Assembly (NCBI GenBank): GCA_963799845.1
Contig: CAWCYI010000007.1
Span: 64,001 to 128,000 of the forward strand
DNA: 64,000 nucleotides
Reading direction: 5' to 3'
Source of the DNA: an uncultured Nitrososphaerota archaeon
GTDB lineage: Archaea > Thermoproteota > Nitrososphaeria > Nitrososphaerales > CADDZS01
The number at the start of each line of letters is the position of its first letter. Within the stretch, counting starts at the first letter, position 1. Below are positions 39,391-50,217 of the stretch, in pieces. Under the pieces are notes generated by a model. That model searched no databases. It worked only from the letters and a program-made list of their open reading frames with translations, and had not been told where the DNA came from. The position numbers and the translations under genes are program-made.

Positions 39391-40020
39391 TCAAGCTTCT
39401 ATGACCTCCTTAAAGATGCTCGGAGCTACTTTCTTGCACTCTTTGAGCATGAGTTCAGCCAGTTCGCGGATTTCCCATTGAGCCTGGGTAGCGGTTCTCT
39501 GCCAGAAAAAGTGCATGAGGCTTCTTGCATTCGCGGTAACAACGAGCTTTGTTCCGATTGATTGTGGTAGAATAAATCGGGCATCTTCCTTCGGAACCTC
39601 AAGCTCCTTCAACTTCCTAAACGCCTCAACGGAGGACTTGATAAACTCCGCATACACAGATAATGCTTCGGGATTATTCAGGATTGATGGAGGAGTGATG
39701 AAGTCTTCTCGCTCGACAGCGCTGAACCTTTGACTCTCCTGGTCGTAACTTGCAATACGATGGCGAACCAGCTGGTGGCTGCATATCCTGCTAATTCCTT
39801 CAATCTCGAACATGAAAACGGCATGCTCGATCACATCGAACGTCTTATCGCGCAATGCCTTCGCGATGAGATCACGTTCGTAGCCCGGTCTCGACGCGAG
39901 CTCTGACTCCAGATCTTCGATGGGCTTCGCACTGTAACATCTTCTCATCGCGAGGGCTACGGTGACTTCGGGATTTGGAGTGTACCATAGTAAGCGGACT
40001 CGGATCATCTGATTTTTCAT
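39391..40020 (-). CDS. thyX: Flavin-dependent thymidylate synthase
   Basis: HQLVRHRIASYDQESQRF (RHRx7S), EDARFILP, AQWEIR. Confidence 0.95.
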   Translation of the reverse strand: MKNQMIRVRLLWYTPNPEVTVALAMRRCYSAKPIEDLESELASRPGYERDLIAKALRDKTFDVIEHAVFMFEIEGISRICSHQLVRHRIASYDQESQRFSAVEREDFITPPSILNNPEALSVYAEFIKSSVEAFRKLKELEVPKEDARFILPQSIGTKLVVTANARSLMHFFWQRTATQAQWEIRELAELMLKECKKVAPSIFKEVIEA

Positions 40021-40132
40021 TTGATGCGGCTATCAAAAAGTTTTACCCGACGTCCGCAACCCTTTAAGTGCAAGTTGCCGAACTAGCGTAATCTATCCTG
40101 ATTTCTAATCGGCAATACTGGAGTTTGTTTTC

Positions 40133-41487
40133 TTGCAATCAAACTACTTTGGAAAGAAACACAGTTACGCCGGGATCATATTCAGCATCGCCTTGATCCT
40201 TCTACTGGCTGCGGAGTTTTCATCTTTCGCGGTCGGGGCTTATTACGTGTATAACAGCCCGATCAGCTTTGTCATAGCCGAAACTTTGCACTCTACTACT
40301 GAGACGACTTTGTTAGTTAACGCGACCGGGTTGCAAAGCTCCACGAATAGAACCGTCTGGATTGATCCTGAAGTTTCGGTAGATGCTAATCAGACACCGT
40401 ACATCAATACTGATTCAGGTGTAGTGATCGGTAACGTTACTACGAATTCGACGGGAGACATCTCTACGTCGTTTAGGATCGATTCCTCATCGCTTTCAAA
40501 AATCGAATCTGATGGACAGAGCGTTCATGAAGTATGGGTTGTCGGATTGACTTCGAATTATTCAGGAGCTTCCCCTTCATACAAGGGAATTACCAGCGAC
40601 AGCGAACAGAACTACAGTGCCGAGACACGAGGGGCCGGAGTGACCTTTTTCGTGACGCTGATAACGTTCGATGTTCCGATCAGTTTCAACCTCGGACAGC
40701 TCTTCATTGTCTTGTGGACGATTTACCTCATAATGTTCGCGATGGCGATGAACGGCCCGATGAAAAACATCTGGTCCGCAATCAAGGGCTCGGCATCGAG
40801 GGGGGTTTCTGCACTCTTCGACAACTCTATGCTCGCTATGTTGATTGTTTTTCCTGTAGTAACTTGGTTAACGGTCGCGTTGTCTCTACTGGAACAAGCA
40901 GGAGGAATCTCTACGGGCAATCTGCCACCTGCCGATCCCCTCCTGCAGCTTGTCGAACTTTCAATCGCTCCTCTTCGCGAGGAGTGGGATTCAGGGTTAT
41001 TCCGATTGGGCTGGTCGCGCTTGTTATGCTATTCTCGGCAGGAAGATTCAGAGATGGCCTGATGGCACTTTGGCATCCTTCTAGATATTTGAAGAAGAAC
41101 GATTCTCCGGAACAGTACAAACGACACCTGAAATCAATTTACGTCGCCATCATTTTGAGTGCTATACTATTCGGTCTCGCTCATGTTCTCCTCGGCGCCG
41201 GATGGGGCCCAGGAAAAATACTGAGTGCGGCAGTTGCTGGCCTGGGGCTGGCTGGACTGTACTATCTATACGGGCTCCCGGCGGCGATCCTTCTTCACTG
41301 GTCGATAGATTATTTCTTGGGATTGTTTGATCTTTCTCCATCCCTCCAGAATCTCGGTGGACTGATAACTTTCTACACGCTCGGATTGTCTGTTGCAGGG
41401 TCAATCGTTCTAGTCATGATCCTCGTCAGAAAATTTAGAAACAAAGAATTAGGGTTATTTTCGGATACTGGTTACGGCCACAAATGA
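40133..41487 (+). CDS. CPBP (CAAX/Abi) intramembrane protease with extracellular Ser/Thr-rich domain, frameshift near 40984
   Basis: APLREE(V)GFR, FGLAH, AILLHW. Confidence 0.82.
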
Positions 41488-42968
41488 ATTCGAGCAACAC
41501 CAACGAGAAAAAGTCTCCTGATCGGGAAGAACTTGGCATCACTGCAAAAAAGTCAGGCGATTTTTCCGAATGGTATACTCAGGTTGTTCTGAAGGCTGAG
41601 CTCGCCGATTACGCCGGTGGCAAGGGTTTCATCGTGCTGCGCCCGAACGGATATGAGATCTGGGAACAAATCAAACAGAACTTCGACTCGAAAATCAAGA
41701 AAACTGGGCACCGGAATGCCTACTTCCCGACTCTTATCCCCGAGTCTTTGTTGAAGCGCGAAAGTGAGCACTTTGAGGGGTTTGTCCCTGAAGTATTCTG
41801 GGTGACTCATTCCGGAAATCAGGAACTTACAGACAGATACGCTGTCAGGCCCACCTCGGAAACAATAATTCACGATTCGATGTCCCGCTGGATCAGAAGC
41901 TGGCGAGACCTACCAATGCTGTTAAACGTCTGGAACTCCGTGCTCCGTGCCGAGATCAAGTCAACGAAGCCCTTCATCAGGAGCGCAGAATTTCTGTGGC
42001 AGGAGGGGCACACCGCTCATGCGAGCGAGCAGGAAGCGGAAAAGGAAGTAATGGAGATCCTCCTCGCGTATCGGGATCTTATGCAGGAGATGCTAGCGAT
42101 CCCAGTTCTAATTGGAAAAAAGAGCGAGAGAGAAAAATTCGTTGGAGCCATCTACACAACGACGCTCGAGGCAATGATGCCTGACGGAAAGGCGGTTCAA
42201 ATGGGAACTTCACACCATTTGGGACAGAATTTTTCGAAACCCTTCGAAATCCGGTTTCTGGACAAAGACAGCAAGCTAAATTTTGTATGGCAAACGTCAT
42301 GGGGAATATCATGGAGGTTGATCGGGGCACTCATCATGGAGCATGGAGACGACAAGGGTCTCGTTCTTCCGCCTTGGCTTGCCCCGGTTCAGATTGTCAT
42401 CGTCCCGATTGTTTTCTCCTCAGGTAAGGCAGATGAAGTTCTGTCAAAGTGTAAATCTGTCGAGCAGGCGTTAATCGATGGAGGCCTGAGGGCGGCTCTT
42501 GACTCTCGACAGAATTACACTCCGGGTTGGAAGTTCAACGAATGGGAGATGAGGGGAATCCCGATCAGGATCGAGATAGGTCCGAGAGACGTCGCGAAAG
42601 ATTCTGCCGTCATTGTTCGAAGGGATACCGGTGAAAAGACTTCGGTCTCGATTTCCAGCGTAGTTGTATCATCCAGAAAGAGTCTGGAAGATATTCAAGC
42701 TAATCTTTGGTCGATAGCTTCCAAGCGCTTGAAAGATCAAACTTTCGAGACGCCCTCTTACGATGAACTGAAGAAAATCATTGAAGAGAGAGGCGGATTC
42801 GTGAAAACTACTTGGTGCGGATCAGGAGAGTGCGAGCTCAAGGTGAAAGAGGAAACTGGGGCGGACATCCGAATGATTCCTTTCAATGAAAAACCTGGCG
42901 AACAATCGAAGTGCATTGTTTGTGGCGCAAAGGCGCGTGAAATCGTCTATTTCGCGCGCGCGTACTAA
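41484..42968 (+). CDS. proS: Prolyl-tRNA synthetase (archaeal/eukaryotic type)
   Basis: FSEWY, RPTSET, EFLWQEGHT, QTSWGISWR, C-terminal FARAY. Confidence 0.97.
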   Translation: MNSSNTNEKKSPDREELGITAKKSGDFSEWYTQVVLKAELADYAGGKGFIVLRPNGYEIWEQIKQNFDSKIKKTGHRNAYFPTLIPESLLKRESEHFEGFVPEVFWVTHSGNQELTDRYAVRPTSETIIHDSMSRWIRSWRDLPMLLNVWNSVLRAEIKSTKPFIRSAEFLWQEGHTAHASEQEAEKEVMEILLAYRDLMQEMLAIPVLIGKKSEREKFVGAIYTTTLEAMMPDGKAVQMGTSHHLGQNFSKPFEIRFLDKDSKLNFVWQTSWGISWRLIGALIMEHGDDKGLVLPPWLAPVQIVIVPIVFSSGKADEVLSKCKSVEQALIDGGLRAALDSRQNYTPGWKFNEWEMRGIPIRIEIGPRDVAKDSAVIVRRDTGEKTSVSISSVVVSSRKSLEDIQANLWSIASKRLKDQTFETPSYDELKKIIEERGGFVKTTWCGSGECELKVKEETGADIRMIPFNEKPGEQSKCIVCGAKAREIVYFARAY

Positions 42969-42971
42969 GCG

Positions 42972-44126
42972 TCAAGAACCTAGGGTGTTTTTCAGAGTCG
43001 AGACGACGCGATGCACTTCTTCTTCGGACAGGAATGGCTGGATCGGCAGCTGGAAAACAGTCTTGCAGATCATCTCCGAGATCGGATAGTCTCCCTCTTT
43101 GAAGCCGAAGGTCTGTCGATAGTAAGGCTGGAGATGAATGGGCGTGGGCCATGAGACGTCTGCTTCTATCCCTTCGTCCCTTAGTCTTTGAACCAGTTTA
43201 TCCCTGGACAAGCCGGCTTGCTCTTCATTCAAAATGACCGCAAACATATACCACGCGTGATTTGCGGCATCATCGACTCTTTGAAAGCTAAGACATTCCA
43301 CTTCTTCCAGGCCGTCGGACAATGTCGCTGCATTCTGCCGCCTTTTCTCGTTAAGACTATCCAGATACTTTAACTGCTCCAATCCAATTGCTGCGCAAAT
43401 CTCCAGCATCCGGAAATTATACCCCATAGTTTTTTGGTTGTACCTGCTCGCCTGTCCCTGATTTCTCCCCATTCTGATTTCCTCCGCCATCGAATCATTA
43501 TTGGTGGTAACAAATCCTCCTTCTCCAGTATGCAGATTTTTCGTAGCATAAGTGCTGAAGCAGGACGCATCCGAAACGTTTCCGATTTTCTTTCCTTCGA
43601 AACTTGCGCCAATCGCCTCAGCTGCATCTTCAATTACGGTAAGACCGTTCTTTTTTGCAATCTCTCCTAACTTTTTCAGGTCAGCAGGTAGACCGTAAAC
43701 ATCGACGGGCTCTATCGCAACCGTCTCGGCACTGATTTTTTCTTCCACGTTGGAAGGATCGATATTGAACGTTTCAGGATCGACGTCTGCAAAGACGGGA
43801 GTCAAACCGTTTGCGATAGCAGCGTTCGCAGTCGCTGCAAAGCTCAGCGGAGTAGTAATTACCTCCACCTTCTTGGCTCGTTTCGCGTTCGCGGCGGCGT
43901 GGAGACCCAGTTGCAGAGCAGCCGTACCCGAGTTTACCGCGATTACGTTCTTGCATCCGATATATTGTGAAAGCTGTGATTCGAAATTCTTTACGAACTC
44001 CCCTTGAACCAGCATTCCAGATCGTAATATGGAGAGGACCGACCGCTCAATCGCTTCATCGTTGAACGGTTTTGCGATTTTGACTTTGGGCCGCTTTTCT
44101 GCCTGCGACACGTTCATGAAATACAA
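42972..44126 (-). CDS. DegT/DnrJ/EryC1/StrS sugar aminotransferase
   Basis: NSGTAAL, IEDAAEAIG, STYATKNLHTGEGG, GYNFRM. Confidence 0.92.
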   Translation of the reverse strand: MYFMNVSQAEKRPKVKIAKPFNDEAIERSVLSILRSGMLVQGEFVKNFESQLSQYIGCKNVIAVNSGTAALQLGLHAAANAKRAKKVEVITTPLSFAATANAAIANGLTPVFADVDPETFNIDPSNVEEKISAETVAIEPVDVYGLPADLKKLGEIAKKNGLTVIEDAAEAIGASFEGKKIGNVSDASCFSTYATKNLHTGEGGFVTTNNDSMAEEIRMGRNQGQASRYNQKTMGYNFRMLEICAAIGLEQLKYLDSLNEKRRQNAATLSDGLEEVECLSFQRVDDAANHAWYMFAVILNEEQAGLSRDKLVQRLRDEGIEADVSWPTPIHLQPYYRQTFGFKEGDYPISEMICKTVFQLPIQPFLSEEEVHRVVSTLKNTLGS

Positions 44127-44251
44127 ACTGCATTTTGAATTTATAATATGAACTCAGTCCTCTGACAGCTTCATCTCAATTAGTTCGGTCAGGATTAAAT
44201 GTCATAGCAAAAGAGCATTCTTAAATACCACTGACAGTAGTAGGTATCCCC

Positions 44252-45964
44252 ATGCAAAGAGTGGAAGAGCTCCTTCCTATAGTCCAGATCAAAACTAGAT
44301 CTAACACCGTACCGGTTTATGCGTTGCCTCACGAGACGGCAAGTATCTGTCCAGACTGCAACAGGACGATCCCAGCCCTCGTATTTGAGAGGGACGAGAA
44401 GATATGGCTGACAAAGACGTGCCCAGATCATGGTATCTGCGAAGAGCTGTACTTTGGTTCAGCTAGATTGTTCAAGAAATTTGCAAAATACTTCCACGAT
44501 GGAAAGGGCATCGATAACCCGAATGTTCCGCTTTCGAAATGTAACTGTCCCAAGAACTGTGGACTTTGCTCATCACATTTGAGTCACAGCGGACTAACGA
44601 ACTTGGTCATCACGAACAGGTGTGATCTGACATGTTGGTATTGCTTCTTCTACGCGAAGAAAGGTGTTGAGGGGGCTTACGTTTACGAGCCTTCTCTTGA
44701 TCAGATCAGGTCGATGGTAAAGGCGCTGCGTGCCGAAAGACCGGTCCCCGGAAATGCGATTCAGATTACGGGTGGAGAACCGACCCTTAGATCAGATCTC
44801 CCTGAAATTGTCAGGATATGCAGAGACGAAGGTGTAGACCATATCCAGCTGAATAGCAATGCTATCAACATGGCAATTGACCCTGCGCTCGTCAAAAGGT
44901 TGCGAGAATCGGGCGTCAACACGGTTTACATGAGCTTCGATGGAGTGACTCCCAGGACCAACGGGAAAAACCACTGGGAAGCGCCGTATGCGATTGAAAA
45001 TTGCAGAAAGGCCGGCTTAGGCATCGTTCTGGTTCCCACCGTCATCAAATCGGTCAACGACCACGAGTTAGGGCAGATCATTCGATTCGGACAGGCAAAC
45101 ATCGACGTCATCCGGTCGGTAAACTTCCAGCCGGTCTCGTTGACAGGGCGTCTGACTAAATCAGAGCGCGAAAAATACAGAATTACAATCCCCGACGCTA
45201 TCGAGAGAATCGAACAGCAGACAAAGGGAGAGATCGTGGAAGATGACTGGTTCACCGTTCCGACATGCGTTCCAATGACGCACTTCATAGAGGCATTCAC
45301 GAAGAAACCGCAGTACGAGCTCTCAATTCACTTTGCGTGCGGTGCCGGAACCTATGTCTTCAAAGACCATGACAACCTGATCCCCCTGACCAGATTCGTT
45401 GACATGGAAGGCTTGCTGAACTACCTCCAGGACAAGGCAGATGAACTCAACGGCGGAGCAAGCAAGCTCGTCGTGGTACCAAAGATCCTAGCCAACATCA
45501 GCAAGTTCATTGACCGGGAAAAGACTCCTGACGGCATCAATCTCTCTAGACTGCTATTCAACGCGCTGGTAAAGCACGACTACGAGGCGCTGGGAGACTT
45601 CCACCAGAAGACAATGTTCTTGGGCATGATGCACTTCCAGGACAAGTACAACCACGACGAGGAAAGGTTGATGCGCTGCGACATTCACTACGTGACACCA
45701 GACCAGAGGATAATCCCGTTCTGTGCGTTCAACGTGATCCCAGAGTGGTACAGGGACAGAATCCAGCAAAAGTATGCCATCCCGATTGAAGAGTGGGAAC
45801 GGAGTTCTGGACACACACTCGAACAGGGGTTGTACCGTGGAACCCTACGAAAAGGCAAACAGCATCACGCAGGTTGCGGTTGCTCTGTTGTAATGCAGCA
45901 GACCCAGCAAGCCCGCAACATCGAAACGATTACTGGCGACGTGCTTCCGATAATTAGTTCCTAG
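44252..45964 (+). CDS. tes: Tetraether lipid synthase (Tes / GDGT-MAS), radical SAM
   Basis: N-terminal CPDC...KTCPDHG, CPKNCGLCSSH, CxxxCxxC (CDLTCWYC), HFACG, RCDIHY...PFCAFN. Confidence 0.85.
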   Translation: MQRVEELLPIVQIKTRSNTVPVYALPHETASICPDCNRTIPALVFERDEKIWLTKTCPDHGICEELYFGSARLFKKFAKYFHDGKGIDNPNVPLSKCNCPKNCGLCSSHLSHSGLTNLVITNRCDLTCWYCFFYAKKGVEGAYVYEPSLDQIRSMVKALRAERPVPGNAIQITGGEPTLRSDLPEIVRICRDEGVDHIQLNSNAINMAIDPALVKRLRESGVNTVYMSFDGVTPRTNGKNHWEAPYAIENCRKAGLGIVLVPTVIKSVNDHELGQIIRFGQANIDVIRSVNFQPVSLTGRLTKSEREKYRITIPDAIERIEQQTKGEIVEDDWFTVPTCVPMTHFIEAFTKKPQYELSIHFACGAGTYVFKDHDNLIPLTRFVDMEGLLNYLQDKADELNGGASKLVVVPKILANISKFIDREKTPDGINLSRLLFNALVKHDYEALGDFHQKTMFLGMMHFQDKYNHDEERLMRCDIHYVTPDQRIIPFCAFNVIPEWYRDRIQQKYAIPIEEWERSSGHTLEQGLYRGTLRKGKQHHAGCGCSVVMQQTQQARNIETITGDVLPIISS

Positions 45965-45977
45965 AGTTTGCGTTATT

Positions 45978-45999
45978 GGATTGGGCTAAATCCCAATCC
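45978..45999. terminator. Perfect 8-bp hairpin after tes, followed by a pyrimidine-rich tract
   Basis: GGATTGGG-CTAAAT-CCCAATCC. Confidence 0.45.
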
Positions 46000-46059
46000 T
46001 CTCCCCGAATTTACTATCTCTATTTTCTTACAGCTAGTTTTTAATTCCACGACGAAGCT

Positions 46060-48714
46060 GTGTTGTTAGAATTGTCGCAGTCCAGCATGGAACTTTTTTT
46101 CGAGAAGGAAAAAGTTCCCGAAGTCAAGATCGTCCCTACTGTTTCGACAATTCAGGCCTTCAAGCCCTCTCCAGATTCTATTCAAAAACTGCGCGAGAGA
46201 GTCAAGTTTCTTACTTCAGAGGTAACTAATCTGAAAAGAGGAATGCTCATCTCGGCAACTTACGACGGCGACAGACGACTTGCGATCCTGAAATTCTATG
46301 AGCCGAATGAAAATAGGATCTATCTGTGGTCTGACAAGAGCGGACACAAACCTTACTGTTTCTCAAAACAGCAAGAACAGGACCTCCGTTATCTTCTGAA
46401 GGAACGTCCGAATCTGGAGAGAATCGAGACTGTTTCAAAGTACGAGCCCCTATCAGACCAAGAAATCAGGGTCAGCAAGATAATCGCCAAAGATCCTCTC
46501 GCAATTGGCGGACAGGAAAACAGCCTGCGCAACGCGATCAACTGCTGGGAGGCGGACATAAAGTACTACGAGAACTATCTCTACGACAACGGCTACGTTG
46601 TAGGCGCCTATTATCGCATAGTGGATGGAAAAATTGAGCCAGTTCCGTTCGATACGCCGAAGGAAGTCGAGGAGTCTCTGAGAAAGACTCTTGCATCCTC
46701 GAAACCAGACCTTGCCGAAGCAATCAGCACCTGGGCATCCCTCCTGAATCAACCCCTGATCGACATCAAGCACGCCGCGATCGACATCGAAGTCTGGTCT
46801 CTTGAAAATAGAATTCCTGATCCAAAAATTGCAGAGCACCCGGTGGTAGCTGTTTCGCTCGTGTCGAGAGGCGCAAAACTCGTCTACCTTCTGAAGAGGG
46901 AAGACCTAGATCTAGGAGATCCTGGTCGACTACCTGCTGATGCCAAAATACTGATCTTCGAAAAGGAGCGGGACCTGCTGATTCAGGTATTTCAGGACAT
47001 ACTGGATTATCCTTTCTTAACGACCTTTAACGGTGATGATTTCGATTTCGATTACCTGTACCACCGTGCTCTACGTCCAGATATTGGAATACCGAAGGAG
47101 TGCGTCCCAATTGTCCTCGGGAATAATTATGCTGGATTGAAAAATGGGGTTCACATTGATCTTTACAAAACTTTCAAGAATCGTTCGCTCCAAATCTACG
47201 CGTTCGGAAACAAATACTCTGAACAGACACTGGACGGGGTTGCGGAAGGTCTGCTCGGAGAGTCCAAAGTCGATTTCGAAGGTTCGATAAACGATCTCCC
47301 GCTTTACGAACTGGCGAGGTACAATCTTCAAGACACTGATCTGACATACAAGCTTGCCTCGATTTGGAACGAGACTCTCATGAAGGTGCTGCAAGTAATC
47401 GCAAGAGTCGCCAAGATGCCCATCGACGATGTCTCGAGAATTGGCGTGTCCAACTGGATCAGGTCGATGCTTTACTTTGAGCACCGAAGGGAAAATGCGT
47501 TGATCCCGAGACCCGAGGAACTCAAGGAAAAGGGAGGAGCAAAGTCTGAGGCGATAATAAAGGGCAAGAAGTACAAGGGGGGGCTGGTAATCGAGCCAAA
47601 ATCTGGCATACACTTCAACGTCTCAGTGCTGGATTTTGCATCGCTGTATCCTTCGCTTATCAAGGTCAACAACATATCCTACGAGACCGTTAATTGTCCT
47701 CATGACGAGTGCAAGAGCCACGTGATACCAGAGATCGGCACTTGGACCTGCACGAAACGCCGCGGCATTGAATCGCTCGTTGTCGGGTCTTTAAGAGATC
47801 TGCGCGTTGATTACTACAAGCAGCTTACCAAAAGCAAGACACTGTCCAAGGAGGATAAGGACCTTTACAAAGTCGTCAGCCAAGGCCTCAAGGTTATTCT
47901 GAATGCCAGTTATGGTGTCCTAGGGTTTGATAGTTTTCCCCTGTACTGTCTGCCTGCTGCAGAAGCTGTGGCAACTTTAGGGCGTATAGCGATCACTCGG
48001 ACAATCGAAAAGTGCAAAGAACTGGGAATCGATGTTGTATACTCTGACACCGACAGCCTCTTCATCCAAGCGCCGTCGCAAGACCAAGTCAACGAAGTAT
48101 CCAACTGGACATTGAAGAATCTTGGAATTGAGCTGGACGTCGATAAGGTTTACAGATACGTCGCCATGAGCCAAAGAAAAAAGAATTATTTTGGGGTTCT
48201 TGACGATGGCACTGTAGATATCAAGGGTCTCACGGGAAAGAAATCGCAGACGCCGCAATTCATCAAGAACTCCTTCGGGTACACGCTCGAAGTCCTTAGC
48301 AGGATCAAGACCAAGGATGATTTTGAAAATGCCAGGGAGGAGATTAAGACTAGATTAAGCAGCGATTATAAGCGGTTGGAAAACCGGCAGATTCCGCTTG
48401 ACGATCTTGCATTTAACGTGATGATCAGCAAGGATATTGCGAGCTATCGCGATTCTATTCCTCAACATGTGAGGGCAGCTCAACTGCTCAAAAACTCCGG
48501 AAAGGATATCCGCGCGGGGGACATTATTTCCTTTGTAAAGACTATCAGTGGTGCAGGAGCGAAGCCAGCAAAGCTTGCTAAACAGAATGAGATAGACGTT
48601 GAGAAGTACCTGGAATACATGAAGAGTACTTTCGATCAAATCCTCGGTTCGCTTGGCTACGACTTTGACGAAATACTCGGCGAAACGAAACTCGATTCCT
48701 GGTCTATAAGTTGA
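46060..48714 (+). CDS. polB: Family B DNA polymerase (PolB1 type)
   Basis: ExoI DIE, ExoII FNGDDFD, DFASLYPS, KVILNASYG, YSDTDS, KKNY. Confidence 0.96.
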   Translation: MLLELSQSSMELFFEKEKVPEVKIVPTVSTIQAFKPSPDSIQKLRERVKFLTSEVTNLKRGMLISATYDGDRRLAILKFYEPNENRIYLWSDKSGHKPYCFSKQQEQDLRYLLKERPNLERIETVSKYEPLSDQEIRVSKIIAKDPLAIGGQENSLRNAINCWEADIKYYENYLYDNGYVVGAYYRIVDGKIEPVPFDTPKEVEESLRKTLASSKPDLAEAISTWASLLNQPLIDIKHAAIDIEVWSLENRIPDPKIAEHPVVAVSLVSRGAKLVYLLKREDLDLGDPGRLPADAKILIFEKERDLLIQVFQDILDYPFLTTFNGDDFDFDYLYHRALRPDIGIPKECVPIVLGNNYAGLKNGVHIDLYKTFKNRSLQIYAFGNKYSEQTLDGVAEGLLGESKVDFEGSINDLPLYELARYNLQDTDLTYKLASIWNETLMKVLQVIARVAKMPIDDVSRIGVSNWIRSMLYFEHRRENALIPRPEELKEKGGAKSEAIIKGKKYKGGLVIEPKSGIHFNVSVLDFASLYPSLIKVNNISYETVNCPHDECKSHVIPEIGTWTCTKRRGIESLVVGSLRDLRVDYYKQLTKSKTLSKEDKDLYKVVSQGLKVILNASYGVLGFDSFPLYCLPAAEAVATLGRIAITRTIEKCKELGIDVVYSDTDSLFIQAPSQDQVNEVSNWTLKNLGIELDVDKVYRYVAMSQRKKNYFGVLDDGTVDIKGLTGKKSQTPQFIKNSFGYTLEVLSRIKTKDDFENAREEIKTRLSSDYKRLENRQIPLDDLAFNVMISKDIASYRDSIPQHVRAAQLLKNSGKDIRAGDIISFVKTISGAGAKPAKLAKQNEIDVEKYLEYMKSTFDQILGSLGYDFDEILGETKLDSWSIS

Positions 48715-48973
48715 GAAAAAAAGGGCTCCGGACTCAAGATCGCTCTCACAGCGTTCCGAATGAACGCTCAACGGGCTATTGTCTTCACTGCCCTCGCGAA
48801 AGTTTACCCATCCGCAACGTAATTATATTTACTTCATTCTGAATGGTATTCCTAGAACCTGGGCCTCTATCTTCGATCGAAATTTTGCTTATTGGGAGAA
48901 TAGGAAATTGGTCAGCATAGAAACGACTTGCACGCTCGAAAACTTTCGGCGGTTTTTGGTACAGAGCACCTGC

Positions 48974-49397
48974 ATGTCATTCATTCCAGACGGGTACTTT
49001 AGAGATCCAGAGGTCTTTCCGGAGAAGGAAGGCGAAACCGGTTCGATCTACATTGAGGCCGCTGACAAAGTCAGTTTGAAGAGAATAAGGGACATTACAT
49101 TCGTCAATGCCAGGGACATTCTGGGAATTATCTACGTCAGCAAGAGCGGGAACACGAAGCTGAAAGTGGCGTGAAAGCCGCGGTGAGCTGGGGAAATTGA
49201 CCGGCGAAGCTTCGACCAACAGCCTCGTGAATCTATTCTCGGCGCGTGTCCTGTCGAAAGAATACACTGATCAGCTTCTTGCGAAGGGGGAAGCCGGCGA
49301 AGAAGGTACCCCGGATCAGTTTGAGGGCCAGAGCATGCCGGAGAACGCCACCGGTGAAGAGCTCGAAGGAACATTAAACGTTGAGGGTGACGTGTGA
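48974..49397 (+). CDS. Hypothetical protein with acidic tail, frameshift near 49162
   Basis: MSFIPDGYFRDPEVFPE...SKSGNTKL joins KWRESRGELGKLTGEASTNSLVNL after removing one base. Confidence 0.7.
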
Positions 49398-49400
49398 TAA

Positions 49401-49760
49401 ATGGACGCAGCAGCTAGTAATTCAGTGAAGGTCAAGGTTTTCGAGATAACGAGCATGACCGATCCCGACACGGGAAAGCCGGGCAAGAACATAAAGCTCG
49501 TTCAGGTAAAGCAGCAGAGGCCCCAGCAACAGTTCTTTGGCCCTTTTGGTGGGACGGAAGACGCCAACATGTTGAAAGGAATCATGGGACAGTTTCAGTC
49601 AATGGGAATTTTTCCCATGAGAGACTCTCCGAAGATCAACCTGTTTCTGAGCGAGAGCGAATACGACCTTCTGGGCGTGAGGTTTGAAGTAAACGAAGTC
49701 TATGACATGGTTCTGAAGGACGGAAGCATAAAGTTTCACAAGAGCACTGAAGGAATCTAG
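49401..49760 (+). CDS. Arcadin-1-like protein
   Basis: KVKVFEI...DPDTGKPGKNIKLV...PKINLFLSESEYDLLGVRFEVNEVYDM pattern recalled from the arcadin-1 family. Confidence 0.6.
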   Translation: MDAAASNSVKVKVFEITSMTDPDTGKPGKNIKLVQVKQQRPQQQFFGPFGGTEDANMLKGIMGQFQSMGIFPMRDSPKINLFLSESEYDLLGVRFEVNEVYDMVLKDGSIKFHKSTEGI

Positions 49761-49854
49761 TCGCGAATCTTTCTAACTCAGATAACTGATTCTTCGTGTT
49801 TCTGTGAATCGAAGAACTCATAATAACGCTCTAAAAGCCTACTGAAACGTCTGT

Positions 49855-49946
49855 GCGAGGTTGGTCTAGACTGGCCTAGGACAGGGGCTTCCCAAGAGTC
49901 ATATCGGCAAGAGCCTCTAACACGGGTTCGAATCCCGTACCTCGCA
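49855..49946 (+). tRNA. tRNA-Gly(CCC) with 17-nt intron at 37/38 (49895-49911)
   Basis: GCGAGGT/ACCTCGC acceptor, GGGGC/GCCTC stem, TT-CCC-AA loop after splicing, GGTTCGAATCC. Confidence 0.93.
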
Positions 49947-50011
49947 CTGATAATCGACGAGCGAGTATGTAGTTTCAGCGGTACAAAAACAAAAGAAATA
50001 AGACTAGAAAG

Positions 50012-50197
50012 TTACTCTACGTCTCTTCGGCTGGCACGCGCTGCTTGCTTTTTTTGACGATTTAGCTCCGCGATTTTTTCCTTGTATTCCTTCTTTTTCT
50101 TCTTGTCGCCCTGAATTCGAGCTTGATCGTAAAGGCGCCTCAGCCTTTGTTCCTCCGCTTCATACCCAGACAATTGTTGATTCACGAATTTTTGCAA
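50012..50197 (-). CDS. Small basic coiled-coil hypothetical protein
   Basis: Helical K/R/E/Q-rich ORF directly downstream of tfb. Confidence 0.5.
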   Translation of the reverse strand: MQKFVNQQLSGYEAEEQRLRRLYDQARIQGDKKKKKEYKEKIAELNRQKKQAARASRRDVE

Positions 50198-50217
50198 TGA
50201 TACTCGGCGTGAGCGGA

